Source: a virus. Taken from it: a stretch of DNA of 64,000 nucleotides. The position numbers and the translations under genes were made by a program. The notes beneath the pieces were generated by a model. The model ran no database searches. It had not been told where the DNA came from and saw only the letters and a list, made by a program, of their open reading frames with translations. This document shows, piece by piece, positions 9,908 through 20,327 of this stretch (positions are counted from its first letter, which is position 1; every line of letters starts with the position of its first letter). Where the stretch lies: the IMG/VR virus record IMGVR_UViG_3300044644_001556, one strand, 5' to 3'.

Positions 9908-10984
9908 TTAGAAATGGGTGTAATCAAAAAGTTCTTCATTCCATTGATGTTTTGCATAGTAAATAATTTTATGAGAAGATGGAGTTCCAACTACGCAAGT
10001 AGTATCTAGATTATCTTTCGATAATGGATTTACAATTTCATAGATATGGCACGGGCAATCTGGTCTCGCGGCGCGGCCAATCAATTGATTTAAAAAGCTA
10101 TAACTACCGACATTAAGACCGATAACGACAGTATGACAATTTTTAACGTCAATACCTTCGCTTAATTTTTTACAACTAACTATAAATTTAACGGTTCCTT
10201 CACTAAATTGTTCTAAAATATCTTCAACTTCCTGTTTATTTTGATCTAATAATGCGACTGACGAATATCCTTTAGATAAGATATGATCATTAATTCTGGT
10301 TACTTCTTTTTTAGTTTTAGCAAAGATCAAAGTACCATTCATCTGATCCGCATAATTATCGAATATATCAATAATAATTTCGGCCTTAGACCGTTCCGAA
10401 CCATCAACTATAGTATGTAGATGAGTATCAGCTAAAAACCCTTGATTAACTGCTTCTTCGCGGCTAATAGGATTAATGATTTCTTCGAATTTAATAATCA
10501 TACCATCAGCTCGATCAGGAGTCGCAGTTAAACCAATTAATGGAATCTCACCTACCAACGTATCCAATTGATACTGCATTGAACTACATGCTTCATGATG
10601 GGCCTCATCTAAGACCGTAATATCCCAACCTTCATCTATAACCGATTGTGGAATATCCGACATCATTGATTGTAAAATTAATTCTACATTACTATCACCG
10701 ATAAATGTTTTTTCAGCCTGAGTTAATAATCGATGAGTATGAGCAATAAACATTACTCTTAATTTACGATCAGTTACCCCTAATATTTCAGCTAATTCTG
10801 GGCATCCTAAAGTACAAGCAATAGTTAATGTTTTCCCAGTTCCAGTCGGTAATACAACTAAGATTCTTTTTTTACCATCATTAATAGCTTGGATAGATTG
10901 ATTTCGAGCTGCAATTTGATACCAACGAACCGACTTATCACCATATAATTCATCAACAGATAATTCTTGGACTTGTTCAGACAT
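9908..10984 (-). CDS. superfamily 2 DEAH-box helicase
   Basis: LPTGTGKT Walker A, DEAHH, TATPDR, EGID, QLIGRAAR. Confidence 0.9.
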   Translation of the reverse strand: MSEQVQELSVDELYGDKSVRWYQIAARNQSIQAINDGKKRILVVLPTGTGKTLTIACTLGCPELAEILGVTDRKLRVMFIAHTHRLLTQAEKTFIGDSNVELILQSMMSDIPQSVIDEGWDITVLDEAHHEACSSMQYQLDTLVGEIPLIGLTATPDRADGMIIKFEEIINPISREEAVNQGFLADTHLHTIVDGSERSKAEIIIDIFDNYADQMNGTLIFAKTKKEVTRINDHILSKGYSSVALLDQNKQEVEDILEQFSEGTVKFIVSCKKLSEGIDVKNCHTVVIGLNVGSYSFLNQLIGRAARPDCPCHIYEIVNPLSKDNLDTTCVVGTPSSHKIIYYAKHQWNEELFDYTHF

Positions 10985-11028
10985 ATATTCACCTTTTTTA
11001 AATTAGTTAAATGATACAACAAAAACAT

Positions 11029-11057
11029 ATTATAACTGATCTAATAAGGTAGATCAA
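11029..11057 (-). promoter_or_regulatory. sigma70-like early promoter
   Basis: TTGATC-17-TATAAT plus TTTGTTGTAT leader. Confidence 0.7.
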
Positions 11058-11071
11058 TCAAAAAGTAGACA

Positions 11072-11311
11072 TTAACCGATAGCAATCGTTTCAATCATTA
11101 ATTGATTTTTAAATGATCTGATATTTACAAAAATTTCACGATCGACTAAAACTCGTTCTAATAATTCGCATTCATATAAACCAGGATTAATATCACTAAA
11201 TCTTAATTTACGACCCTGATCAGATTTTCGGTTATCTGGTAATGCATGATCACCAAATAATTCAGTTACTAAGTTACGGATAATGGTTGTTGTGTTTTGG
11301 TTAGTAGTCAT
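11072..11311 (-). CDS. small protein, GRRLKF paralog family
   Basis: TT.IR..V...NRK..GRKLRF. Confidence 0.6.
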   Translation of the reverse strand: MTTNQNTTTIIRNLVTELFGDHALPDNRKSDQGRKLRFSDINPGLYECELLERVLVDREIFVNIRSFKNQLMIETIAIG

Positions 11312-11338
11312 ATTAATCTCCAGATAGGTTAGTTTAAA

Positions 11339-11557
11339 TTAACGATTTTCTAATTCAATTAGTTTATATGCTTTACCGTTCTTAAATGCAAAAAACCCAA
11401 CATTTGATTTATGAATCAATAAGTAATTGGCATCAACATGTACGTAATAACTAAAGCCGGTAATAATAGTTCCCAAAAACAAACCGATTATAATACCCCA
11501 AGAACCGGCTTTAATTTCATTGGAAGTATAACTTGGTAATTTTTCGCCCTTTTCCAT
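11339..11557 (-). CDS. small membrane protein
   Basis: One TM segment; start revised to MEKGEK (SD AGGAG, promoter upstream). Confidence 0.65.
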   Translation of the reverse strand: MEKGEKLPSYTSNEIKAGSWGIIIGLFLGTIITGFSYYVHVDANYLLIHKSNVGFFAFKNGKAYKLIELENR

Positions 11558-11603
11558 AATAATCTCCTTTATTAAATTGAAGTTAATATCCGACAACAAA
11601 TAT

Positions 11604-11632
11604 ATTATATCATACTTTAATACTTTGATCAA
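11604..11632 (-). promoter_or_regulatory. sigma70-like early promoter
   Basis: TTGATC-17-TATAAT plus ATATTTGTTG leader. Confidence 0.7.
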
Positions 11633-11645
11633 TCCGGTAGGCATA

Positions 11646-11680
11646 AAAATAGCCCATTAGTTATAACTAATGGGCTATTT
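11646..11680 (-). terminator. terminator hairpin
   Basis: aaatagcccattagt-tata-actaatgggctattt. Confidence 0.65.
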
Positions 11681-11691
11681 AATATAAAATA

Positions 11692-11943
11692 TTAAGATAT
11701 TGCTATTTGAGCAACAGTAGCTATAATTTTAACTGGAACTGTTGTTTCTACTGTAATTGTAGTTGCCGATGCAATTTTAATGCGCGATGATGCAGTAATA
11801 TCTTGTTTGTAATTTACGTTATCCGCAGAATCACACCATACTGCAACAACTGGGCTAGTTAATGTTCCTAAACCATGTGTAATTGTGTGCAATGTATTTG
11901 CTGCTACCGCAGTATATCTATATCCGGTTACCGTAGTTGCCAT
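11692..11943 (-). CDS. small Thr/Val-rich beta protein, possible virion component
   Basis: TITHGLG...PVVAV motif and composition. Confidence 0.55.
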   Translation of the reverse strand: MATTVTGYRYTAVAANTLHTITHGLGTLTSPVVAVWCDSADNVNYKQDITASSRIKIASATTITVETTVPVKIIATVAQIAIS

Positions 11944-11980
11944 AAGAATTCCTATTAATAATAAAAAATTAAACTATATA

Positions 11981-12277
11981 TTATTTATTCTCAATGCTTT
12001 CAATTACATCCCGGACTGCTATTACAAATAATTCATCTTTTTCTCGCCGCTTATTTTTACCCACATCATCACTAGCCCAGCATAAATCATACCATTGTAT
12101 TCCTTGAACTTCATTTTTGATCATCACTCTAATGGGTCTGGGTAATTTCTGTAGTTCAAAATTAGTAGGAAACCGCCAATCTTTATGATCATTATAATCT
12201 AAAAACTGAACGTATAAAAAAGCATCACTCCAATTAAGCATTTTATTAAAAAATGGAGCTATTTCGATTTCATTCAT
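11981..12277 (-). CDS. DUF1566-like mini-protein
   Basis: EIAP...DA.LY.QFLDY...DWRFPT...AVRD. Confidence 0.75.
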   Translation of the reverse strand: MNEIEIAPFFNKMLNWSDAFLYVQFLDYNDHKDWRFPTNFELQKLPRPIRVMIKNEVQGIQWYDLCWASDDVGKNKRREKDELFVIAVRDVIESIENK

Positions 12278-12356
12278 GTTAACCTTTTACTATAATAAGT
12301 TAATTTACTAACAAATTATATTAGCAGATTATATAATCTGCTAATATTAAAATATT

Positions 12357-12593
12357 TTATTCGGAAAAATAATAAACCCGAATTTCTAAATTACTACCGT
12401 TAATAATAGCACGCCCTCTAAACGGAGCAATTTTTTCATTAATTTCTTGTAATTGTTGATCAGTTACTTTAACATCTGAATAAATTAATAAACTACCAGA
12501 ACTAGTCCGTTCATTATTAAATTTTTTAAGTTGCTTCCCACCAACATAACTTACAATAGAACTAATTTCTTTAATTTGATCTTTACCGCTCAT
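12357..12593 (-). CDS. small protein, GRRLKF paralog family (divergent)
   Basis: Similarity to 19841..20140 and 33971..34219. Confidence 0.55.
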   Translation of the reverse strand: MSGKDQIKEISSIVSYVGGKQLKKFNNERTSSGSLLIYSDVKVTDQQLQEINEKIAPFRGRAIINGSNLEIRVYYFSE

Positions 12594-12624
12594 AATTATC
12601 CTCTATGGTTCGTTAACCAAGTAT

Positions 12625-13005
12625 TTATTTTTCTGCAGAAAACGAAATAGCAAATTGAACAATATCTTCTAATTTTTCAGCAATTAAATCATATTCATCA
12701 CAGTCTTTACTAGCTAAATTATAACATAATTGCCATTGATTATCAGACAAGTAATCATACTCGGTTCGCAGCCAATTAAACCATAATTTAAAAGTCTGGG
12801 CTAAACAATCAGTATGCTGTTTATAAAATTCATTGTATTCGACTTCGTTTATAAAAACTCGCTCTACACCAGCATCTGAAAAATTAACTGCTTCAAAATG
12901 ACTATTGCATAGTTTAGATTCACCGCGCCTATAACCCCACCATCCATATTGCGGAACAATAGTTTTCGGAAATTGAACTTGAGATCGAAAATCATAAAAT
13001 AACAT
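12625..13005 (-). CDS. hypothetical protein
   Basis: GGAGG SD and promoter upstream. Confidence 0.7.
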   Translation of the reverse strand: MLFYDFRSQVQFPKTIVPQYGWWGYRRGESKLCNSHFEAVNFSDAGVERVFINEVEYNEFYKQHTDCLAQTFKLWFNWLRTEYDYLSDNQWQLCYNLASKDCDEYDLIAEKLEDIVQFAISFSAEK

Positions 13006-13053
13006 AGCACCTCCAATTAAAAAATATTATTATAATACATTAATACTATAAAA

Positions 13054-13404
13054 TCAATCTATTGTTTTAACCGGTCTAACACCGTGAATATAATGTTTAC
13101 CGCAACTTTGACTAAAACCTTTTAAACTTTCAACCCAAGCATAATACATACTTTCTTCGGTCGACGTCCAATAATAAGGTAAATAAAATTTATATTTTTC
13201 GTATCGAATATTCATTAAATTAGATTCAATAAACAATAACTCTTTCCTAGTTGGTAATCGCCAGTTTTTAAATCCATTAATTATTAATTTATCGCAATAA
13301 ATTATCGACTGATCCCAATTTAATTCAGTCGCATAATCAGTCGGCGATATAATAATATTACCGCCGATATATAATCCACCTTGGTATTCTAAATATTTTT
13401 TCAT
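13054..13404 (-). CDS. DUF1566-like protein
   Basis: W..S..YC.....GFKNWRLPT..EL...YWTSTE...AW...VRPVK. Confidence 0.8.
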   Translation of the reverse strand: MKKYLEYQGGLYIGGNIIISPTDYATELNWDQSIIYCDKLIINGFKNWRLPTRKELLFIESNLMNIRYEKYKFYLPYYWTSTEESMYYAWVESLKGFSQSCGKHYIHGVRPVKTID

Positions 13405-13691
13405 TACTCTAATATAGCTAAGATATCTTCTTCTTTAATTAAAATAATTTCTTCTTTATTAACAGTTACTTCTTGACCAGCATATCGACCAAATAAAACT
13501 CGATTTCCGACTTGAGTTTTTAAAGGACGCCAAGTTTCATCGGGCATAAATTTACCGATACCTGCTGCTATAACTTCACCGACTCCTGGTTTTTCAGCTG
13601 ATTTGCCTGGTAAAATAATTCCGGATTCAGTTTCTTTTTCTTCCGGATCACGTTTAATAGCAATATAGTCAAATAATGGTTTAATATTCAT
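13404..13691 (-). CDS. groES: co-chaperonin GroES
   Basis: IKPLFD, T.SGIILP mobile loop, G.VIAAG.G, YAG.EV, EEDILAI. Confidence 0.92.
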   Translation of the reverse strand: MNIKPLFDYIAIKRDPEEKETESGIILPGKSAEKPGVGEVIAAGIGKFMPDETWRPLKTQVGNRVLFGRYAGQEVTVNKEEIILIKEEDILAILE

Positions 13692-13699
13692 AAAAGCTC

Positions 13700-13978
13700 C
13701 TAGTTTGTGTATTCGATAATTTGATCATTCGCTCTAAATAAAACATGAATTGTTAATACTCGTTTATTGTATAATGAATTATACACTTTAATATCACAAT
13801 ATTGTTTTACTAGACTATTTTTTAATTGGTTTACTTGATTATCGGTAATATCAATACCTTTATAAGTTAATCGTTTACCCAAAGAATCAACTTTTGTATT
13901 ACATTTACTTTTACCGATAATAGATCTAACTATAGTATGAACGGTTGTCGTTCTAAGATCGCATTCTATTCTGCTCAT
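13700..13978 (-). CDS. small protein, GRRLKF paralog family
   Basis: TT.VH.IV...IG...GKRLTY.G. Confidence 0.6.
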   Translation of the reverse strand: MSRIECDLRTTTVHTIVRSIIGKSKCNTKVDSLGKRLTYKGIDITDNQVNQLKNSLVKQYCDIKVYNSLYNKRVLTIHVLFRANDQIIEYTN

Positions 13979-14007
13979 ATTACCTCTTTAAAATCGATAT
14001 TTAAAAA

Positions 14008-14232
14008 CTACAAATTTCGAACTGCCCTAACATCCCATGCATATCCCTGATCATTAAATGTCGAATCATGAGTATCCCAACAATATGGAAGATCGTACAC
14101 TTTACGTTCTACCGGAGTCGGTAATCGCCAATCTCGTTTACCATCTATATCTAAAAAAATTACATACGTTAATGCTTCATGATAAGTTTTACATCTAACC
14201 CTCGTAAAATCGGGCGATATTTCAATACTCAT
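14008..14232 (-). CDS. DUF1566-like mini-protein
   Basis: FLDIDGKRDWRLPT...VRAVR. Confidence 0.75.
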   Translation of the reverse strand: MSIEISPDFTRVRCKTYHEALTYVIFLDIDGKRDWRLPTPVERKVYDLPYCWDTHDSTFNDQGYAWDVRAVRNL

Positions 14233-14491
14233 TTGGACGTCCGTGTCCGGTTTAATCTAACGACTTTTTAAAACTAAAATACGACTGCGGATTTTATTTT
14301 TATCTCTAAGTCTGCTAGTTTTTTCAAATAATGCTTCTAATTGCGTTAAATTTAAGATCTTAATTCTCTGTTTGCCATTTTTCGTTAACGCTGGATTAGC
14401 GCGTCTTTTCGCTTTGCTTACATTTGCCATACTTACTCCTTATAATGCATATTAAAACTTTATTATATGTTAATACATTAAAAATAACTAA

Positions 14492-14779
14492 CTATTTGTA
14501 ACGCAAAACATAACAATCAATCGGAATGTTTATTGGCTTGTCTGATTTAATATTACAGAATAAATTAATACTTTTACTGTCAGCCGAGATTATCGGCTGT
14601 GATATGGTTACTTTACTCATATACGTATCTTCGTTACCTTGCTCGTCTAAACTATCGACTATTACTGTAATTTGATTGCCGGGTCGTAATTTAGTAGCTA
14701 AAACACAGCCCGGTAATTCAATGTCTGATATATGAGAAGCTGGAATGCGTGCTAATATACTCTTCATTATAAATCTCAT
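14492..14779 (-). CDS. hypothetical protein
   Basis: ORF. Confidence 0.55.
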   Translation of the reverse strand: MRFIMKSILARIPASHISDIELPGCVLATKLRPGNQITVIVDSLDEQGNEDTYMSKVTISQPIISADSKSINLFCNIKSDKPINIPIDCYVLRYK

Positions 14780-14802
14780 TTTTGTTGATATTAGTTTATA
14801 TA

Positions 14803-16104
14803 TTATTCCTTCGCCGTATAATCATCGACCAATGATTTAATAATATTAGCATAATCAACATACCACGAACGAGGTAATCCTTTTTCACCACCAATTGCAT
14901 TTACCTTGGGTTTATCTCTTGTAAATTTTTCATCCGTTATATTAGTTTGTGGGGCCCCTAAAGTAACAGTTCCATTCTCGATAATAAAAGTACATATTGG
15001 CGACGTATATGATTCGCATTCCTCACCATCAAACAAGGTAGCTTCTATTTGTAAAAATGGAAAAGCTTCTGCTATTTGAACCCAATCATCATAAACTTCA
15101 GAAACCTCAGGCCACTTACCGATATTATGCGAATAGTAAATATTACCGGATGGATTGCACCATCCATTCGGCCCAAAGATAAACGAACAAGATCCGTAAT
15201 TATTACTTAAGTATCGCAAACTAAGAAACTTAATTTTTTCGCGTAAATAATCAGATAGATTCCAATCATCAGTAGAAATATTAGCAGTTTCTCGATACCA
15301 TTTATTAAACGATTGATCATTACCCCCAGCATAACAATACGTGTCAGTAAAAAAACTATCGGTTCTAAAAATAATATCTTTCGCTTGCTCTTGAGTTATT
15401 GATTTCCCAACCACTAATAACTGAGGCCATTTCGGTAATGATTTATCCATATATTTGTTATATGCAATATCGGCATCCGATAAAAATAATGGTCTTAATT
15501 CATCGATGCGATTATTTAATTCCGCCGATTTTAATTTACCGTAATCGGTATACCAAGTTACTTTATTAAAAAATGATTTATTAGAATCCCAAAATTCTAA
15601 TCTGGTTAAATTATTAGATAGTGATATTTCTTTATATAAACCATTCAATGCTTCAATTGCTTCTTCGTCCGGTAAAAAGACTGACATCAAATCCGCATCG
15701 CGAATTGCTTTTTCTTCGAACGTAATAGGCTCAACCGGAAAAGTTCCTTTAATAAACGCGGTGCATCTAATAATAGAAACTATTTTAGCTATATGTCCCG
15801 GATTATAATAATCCCATTGATTGATATGTTGATTAGCCCATTTTGCATAAAATAAATTAAAACCGGTTACTGCATATAATAAATTTATATTATCGTCAAC
15901 GCGGCCGCCAGAATGGTCAAAATCATGAAATAATGCGGCCCATTGCAATTCAATAGCAAATTCTTTATTTTCGTGGGCTGCTATTTTCTCACACCATTTA
16001 TAAACATTAATACAATGTTGTAAATTATGATATGGATTTGCGTTCGGTTCTTTATTGCAAGATGAATCATCAATTGTAATATCAATTTGATCGAGAAGTC
16101 TCAT
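14803..16104 (-). CDS. HD-domain phosphohydrolase fused to an unknown C-terminal domain
   Basis: YHN..H, ALFHDFDH, IRDAD motifs; C-terminal LPKWPQ...GKWP domain. Confidence 0.7.
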   Translation of the reverse strand: MRLLDQIDITIDDSSCNKEPNANPYHNLQHCINVYKWCEKIAAHENKEFAIELQWAALFHDFDHSGGRVDDNINLLYAVTGFNLFYAKWANQHINQWDYYNPGHIAKIVSIIRCTAFIKGTFPVEPITFEEKAIRDADLMSVFLPDEEAIEALNGLYKEISLSNNLTRLEFWDSNKSFFNKVTWYTDYGKLKSAELNNRIDELRPLFLSDADIAYNKYMDKSLPKWPQLLVVGKSITQEQAKDIIFRTDSFFTDTYCYAGGNDQSFNKWYRETANISTDDWNLSDYLREKIKFLSLRYLSNNYGSCSFIFGPNGWCNPSGNIYYSHNIGKWPEVSEVYDDWVQIAEAFPFLQIEATLFDGEECESYTSPICTFIIENGTVTLGAPQTNITDEKFTRDKPKVNAIGGEKGLPRSWYVDYANIIKSLVDDYTAKE

Positions 16105-16166
16105 TTATTTACCTTTTTTAAATCGGTTAATCGAACAACTATTATATAATACTTTAATACAAAAAA

Positions 16167-16418
16167 TCAATCTATATCTCTTACCGCCCTTACATATCGA
16201 ACATTTAAAAAATCCGTGGTATCATAATAATCATCTAAATCCCAATAGACTGAATCTCTAGATGTTCCGTATATTCCCCATTGAGCTCGTTCTAATCTAG
16301 TCGGTAATCTCCAATTGCGTTTATCGTCTATTATTAAAAAATCGACGTACATTACTGCCTCAGCAAAGGTATTGCATTTATGTATCGTATCCTCTGGTGC
16401 TAATTCAATTTTACTCAT
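16167..16418 (-). CDS. DUF1566-like mini-protein
   Basis: ELAP...NWRLPT...YVRAVRD. Confidence 0.75.
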   Translation of the reverse strand: MSKIELAPEDTIHKCNTFAEAVMYVDFLIIDDKRNWRLPTRLERAQWGIYGTSRDSVYWDLDDYYDTTDFLNVRYVRAVRDID

Positions 16419-16764
16419 TATTAATGCGGATAGGCCTAACCGCTATTATATTCGAATTTTTATATAAACTACACGGCGAAGAAGCAAAAGCGGGAATAGT
16501 CATAGCCGAAGTATTAGAATATTCAAAATCAGTCCAATAATGCGATTCTCGTAATTCGTAATTACCATATTGTTTTATATCATAAAATTTACGCAATATA
16601 AATTCTAATTCTCCTCTATTCGGTAATCGCCAATCATTATAACCATCAATATTTAAAAATTGGCAATATAATATAGCCTCATACCAAGTCATTAGTTTTT
16701 CATATTGTTTTTCAGCAATAATTATATCATAGCCAACATTTAAACCACCAAAATATGATTTCAT
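16411..16764 (-). CDS. DUF1566-like protein
   Basis: MTWYEAILYCQFLNIDGYNDWRLP...YWT...VRPIR. Confidence 0.8.
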   Translation of the reverse strand: MKSYFGGLNVGYDIIIAEKQYEKLMTWYEAILYCQFLNIDGYNDWRLPNRGELEFILRKFYDIKQYGNYELRESHYWTDFEYSNTSAMTIPAFASSPCSLYKNSNIIAVRPIRINNE

Positions 16765-17435
16765 TTTCTATGCCTAAAACTTTGTTTTAAATCAAATCCA
16801 TGACCTTCGATTCGTAAATTATTTTCAATTTCGACCGGAGGTTTAATATCTGGTGAATCTTTCATTACATTACCTATAAAATATGAAATATCTTGAAATA
16901 ATTTTTCAGCGGAAATATAACTAGGAATACCCAAGTCCGCTAATACCGGTACTTTATAGTAATTATAAACAATATCATGACCATGAGTCAATACTTCACC
17001 AAAACTATACAAACCAGAATACTCAAATATTGGTGTTTGTAATTTATTTGATATTGCGATTAATTTATCGGTAAGTGATTCATTTCCGATATACTGTTCA
17101 TATGATGCAATTCTACGCCAATAAAAATGAGTCTCGAAATATTCTTTTAAATCATAATAATCATTCTGGGTAAATAATTTAAAATTAACCTTATCCTCAG
17201 CATACAATAAGTATAATTTCGCATTGATAATTAACCATTTAAATTTTTCTTGTAATGATGAAGCTTCACGCTGGCCCGGATGGTAAATATCAGCAAGTCT
17301 CATTATATTTTGCATTTCGCGTTGTATTGTAGGATCAACGAAAAATGGTTTTCTATTATATACAATTAATGGATCTACCCCATATTGATAGGCTATATGA
17401 TCGTAATAATCTTTATAGTTACTAATAATTTTCAT
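16761..17435 (-). CDS. conserved phage hypothetical protein
   Basis: MKIIS..KDYYD start and HGFDLKQSFRH end. Confidence 0.7.
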   Translation of the reverse strand: MKIISNYKDYYDHIAYQYGVDPLIVYNRKPFFVDPTIQREMQNIMRLADIYHPGQREASSLQEKFKWLIINAKLYLLYAEDKVNFKLFTQNDYYDLKEYFETHFYWRRIASYEQYIGNESLTDKLIAISNKLQTPIFEYSGLYSFGEVLTHGHDIVYNYYKVPVLADLGIPSYISAEKLFQDISYFIGNVMKDSPDIKPPVEIENNLRIEGHGFDLKQSFRHRK

Positions 17436-17726
17436 TTAAACTCCGTAATCTCGAACTGCTCTTACCCACCCGCCGCCAAGCTGCTGCCGTTGGCAATAAA
17501 AATATAAGGTACGATCCACGACTGAATATTGATACATTAAATCGCGTTCGTGAACTGTAGGTAGTCGCCAATTATTATTACCATTTATTGTTAAAAATTG
17601 ACAATATAATTTAGCTTGGTCCCAGCCATCCATTAATTCATTATCACAATTAATTCTAATTTCCGAAGAGATATGGCATATCTCTATTGCACGTTTATTG
17701 ATGTTTAAAATAGTTTTTTGCATCAT
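17436..17726 (-). CDS. DUF1566-like mini-protein
   Basis: YCQFLTING.NNWRLPT...VRAVRD. Confidence 0.75.
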   Translation of the reverse strand: MMQKTILNINKRAIEICHISSEIRINCDNELMDGWDQAKLYCQFLTINGNNNWRLPTVHERDLMYQYSVVDRTLYFYCQRQQLGGGWVRAVRDYGV

Positions 17727-18130
17727 AAAGCTTGCGACTTTTTCCCTAATGTTTTTAAATCAGTTCCTTCCGTAATATACTGATACCCACCTTTCGAAAA
17801 TGCAATACCAATACGTTTAGATTTAGCCATTACTGCATCGGCAGCATCTCCAGTAATTTCACCTCGAGCTACTTTTTCGACCATAGAATTACGAGACATA
17901 TTAGTTTTACTATTACTAACAACCGACGGGATATGTTCATTATTAGCCCAACTAGGTCTTCCGAATGTATTAGAGATATCAGTTTGTTTTTTAGGTTTAA
18001 TTAATTTAGTAGTACCCATGACCCAATTATAATATTCTTCGTAAGTCATTCGTAATTTAGGCTGAGCTTTATATTGAGCATTATATTGTTTCCAATCAGC
18101 TTTTAATTGAGCGGCTTGATTTTTCGTCAT
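17723..18130 (-). CDS. basic hypothetical protein
   Basis: C-terminal AFSKGGYQYIT motif. Confidence 0.7.
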   Translation of the reverse strand: MTKNQAAQLKADWKQYNAQYKAQPKLRMTYEEYYNWVMGTTKLIKPKKQTDISNTFGRPSWANNEHIPSVVSNSKTNMSRNSMVEKVARGEITGDAADAVMAKSKRIGIAFSKGGYQYITEGTDLKTLGKKSQAL

Positions 18131-18192
18131 AGGTTCCTCTTTATTTAATCAAGTTAATTATACAACAAAGATATTATATGATATTTTAATGA

Positions 18193-18603
18193 TTAAATCG
18201 ATCGAATAGCTAACATAAAACTCGAAGTATTATCGATTACCCATGCAGTTGAATAACCAGATCGTTGTTCACTCATATCAATAGTACCGTACGTACCTGC
18301 ATTCAGTTTTAATGATTTATTTGGGATTTGATCGTATAAAAAATAAATGTTATTAATTCTATTGCACTTTGAATTAGTTCGCAAATATTGTTGTGTAAAT
18401 GGGAAGCGCCTAATATAATCTAATTCTTTCCAAGTCGGCATACGCCAATCGATATACCCATTAATACGGATAAACTGACAATATATATAACCATCAGATA
18501 ACGTCATGCGAGGTATATATCCGGGCGCTACTACAAAATCACCACCCAAATATACACCCCCAGCAAACTCATCACCCAAACATAAGGATGATGCATCAAT
18601 CAT
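18193..18603 (-). CDS. DUF1566-like protein
   Basis: YCQFIRINGYIDWRMPT..EL. Confidence 0.72.
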   Translation of the reverse strand: MIDASSLCLGDEFAGGVYLGGDFVVAPGYIPRMTLSDGYIYCQFIRINGYIDWRMPTWKELDYIRRFPFTQQYLRTNSKCNRINNIYFLYDQIPNKSLKLNAGTYGTIDMSEQRSGYSTAWVIDNTSSFMLAIRSI

Positions 18604-19295
18604 AATTTTGAATAATCATAAACTGTTAAATCTATTTCGCTTCGCACTTTAACACCAATAATTGATTTATTAATAAAAATTGGGCGAATTTCAAATCGAT
18701 AGATAGAACTTTTCTTAAATATAGTATCATAATCTTCACAAACCTCCATTAATGGATACCAATCATCAATAGATTCTTGTAATTTAGCCTCCGCTAAAGT
18801 TTTAACGAAAACCCATTTGCGTTTTTTTGCTAAGTATCCGTAATTCGGAACATGCATAGCAAATTTAATCGATTGTGGAATTATATCGGATTGTTGTAAT
18901 TTATATACCTTACGATCAACATCCCATGCTCGAGCTTCTAATGCCTTAGCTACAATCAAATTAGCTGGGTCATTTAATGCTTGATAATCATTATAATCAA
19001 ACCCAAGTTTAGAATATGCGGCTGCTCTAATAGTAGCAGAAACATCATTTAATGCACTAGCTGGCCATTCACCCCGCATCCGATACGCAGTATATCGAAT
19101 ATCGCTATCCGGGTCTTGATATGCAATTTCAGGCCATTCGGCTCTGATAAATGCTATTCTGCGAATCTCCTTATCCGGATCACTAAATGCACTGGCATTA
19201 AAACCATATTCTAAATAAAATGCACGACGATATTCTTTATCAGTATATAACTCACCGAGACATTCACGAATATCTAAATCATTTACTTGTTCCAT
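18600..19295 (-). CDS. HEAT-like short-repeat protein
   Basis: Repeated A..DP...IR..AY units. Confidence 0.6.
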   Translation of the reverse strand: MEQVNDLDIRECLGELYTDKEYRRAFYLEYGFNASAFSDPDKEIRRIAFIRAEWPEIAYQDPDSDIRYTAYRMRGEWPASALNDVSATIRAAAYSKLGFDYNDYQALNDPANLIVAKALEARAWDVDRKVYKLQQSDIIPQSIKFAMHVPNYGYLAKKRKWVFVKTLAEAKLQESIDDWYPLMEVCEDYDTIFKKSSIYRFEIRPIFINKSIIGVKVRSEIDLTVYDYSKL

Positions 19296-19351
19296 TTTAA
19301 ATCCTCTTATAAATTGAATTAATAAAAACTTATTATATCATACTTTAATAC

Positions 19352-19624
19352 TTATGTCGATATATCTCGAACTAAATGTACTGGATGACTAGTTTTGGGC
19401 GTTAACATATAATCTGATTCCTGCCACCACCCCTGAAAAAAAGAATAATACATTAATGCACTATATTCATCATTACTAGGCAATCGCCAATTCATAATAC
19501 CATCATAATCATAAAAATAACTATAGATTAATGCTTCGTCGTAAGTTAAAACCTTGATCGCACTATCGATCGGTGCTAATTCAAGCTTTAATTTAGGAAG
19601 CGGTATTTTGGATTGAGTAAACAT
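19352..19624 (-). CDS. DUF1566-like mini-protein
   Basis: TYDEALIY...NWRLPS...LVRD. Confidence 0.72.
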   Translation of the reverse strand: MFTQSKIPLPKLKLELAPIDSAIKVLTYDEALIYSYFYDYDGIMNWRLPSNDEYSALMYYSFFQGWWQESDYMLTPKTSHPVHLVRDIST

Positions 19625-19625
19625 A

Positions 19626-19838
19626 TTAGTTACGGTCGCGATTTGTAACTAGCGGATTTTCGTTACTCGGATCAAATATTTGTTCTAATGCTTTTTGTAG
19701 TTCATCTAATTCATCCTTAGTCCATTTATTAGCAGTCGAGGGTAAACCTAACCGACTCATCTCACACGGACAATACGGTTCATTATTTAATGGACCTAAA
19801 CAAGCACATAATAGTAAATCATTTGGTAAATCAATCAT
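19626..19838 (-). CDS. small Cys-rich protein
   Basis: CACLGP...PYCPCEM. Confidence 0.6.
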   Translation of the reverse strand: MIDLPNDLLLCACLGPLNNEPYCPCEMSRLGLPSTANKWTKDELDELQKALEQIFDPSNENPLVTNRDRN

Positions 19839-19840
19839 AG

Positions 19841-20140
19841 TTATTCAACCGTTTCGTAAATTCGGATTTGTAAAATTTGGTCGTATTTTTTATTGCTTCT
19901 TAGTTTAACTTTACTTTGATATGGGGCAATAATTTTAGCAATTTGATTAACCTGATCTTCGGAAATATTAACACCTCGATATTCTAATCGATGACCATTA
20001 TCTCTAGGATCTTTATATATTCGTTTAAATGAACCGATAACTGGTTCAGTTAAATCTCGAACTAACCAAACCCGATTTAGTTGAGTTAAATTTTCATTCA
20101 TATTTGCATTATGAACCATAAATCCTCCGATATTAATCAT
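19841..20140 (-). CDS. small protein, GRRLKF paralog family
   Basis: D.R..GHRLEY.G..IS..Q. Confidence 0.55.
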   Translation of the reverse strand: MINIGGFMVHNANMNENLTQLNRVWLVRDLTEPVIGSFKRIYKDPRDNGHRLEYRGVNISEDQVNQIAKIIAPYQSKVKLRSNKKYDQILQIRIYETVE

Positions 20141-20327
20141 TTAATTTTTTAATAATATTATCTAATAATTCTCGATGATCATCATCCGGGCTTTTTCTCA
20201 GAGCCGATCGCATCTGCTTTTTAATCGCATCCATAGTATATAAATCAAAACGATGAACGGATTCCGTACTAGTAATTATTTTCCCATTTAAATTAACCGT
20301 AACTGTAGTATTAATAGTTATATTCAT
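20133..20327 (-). CDS. hypothetical protein
   Basis: ATGA-coupled ORF. Confidence 0.55.
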   Translation of the reverse strand: MNITINTTVTVNLNGKIITSTESVHRFDLYTMDAIKKQMRSALRKSPDDDHRELLDNIIKKLND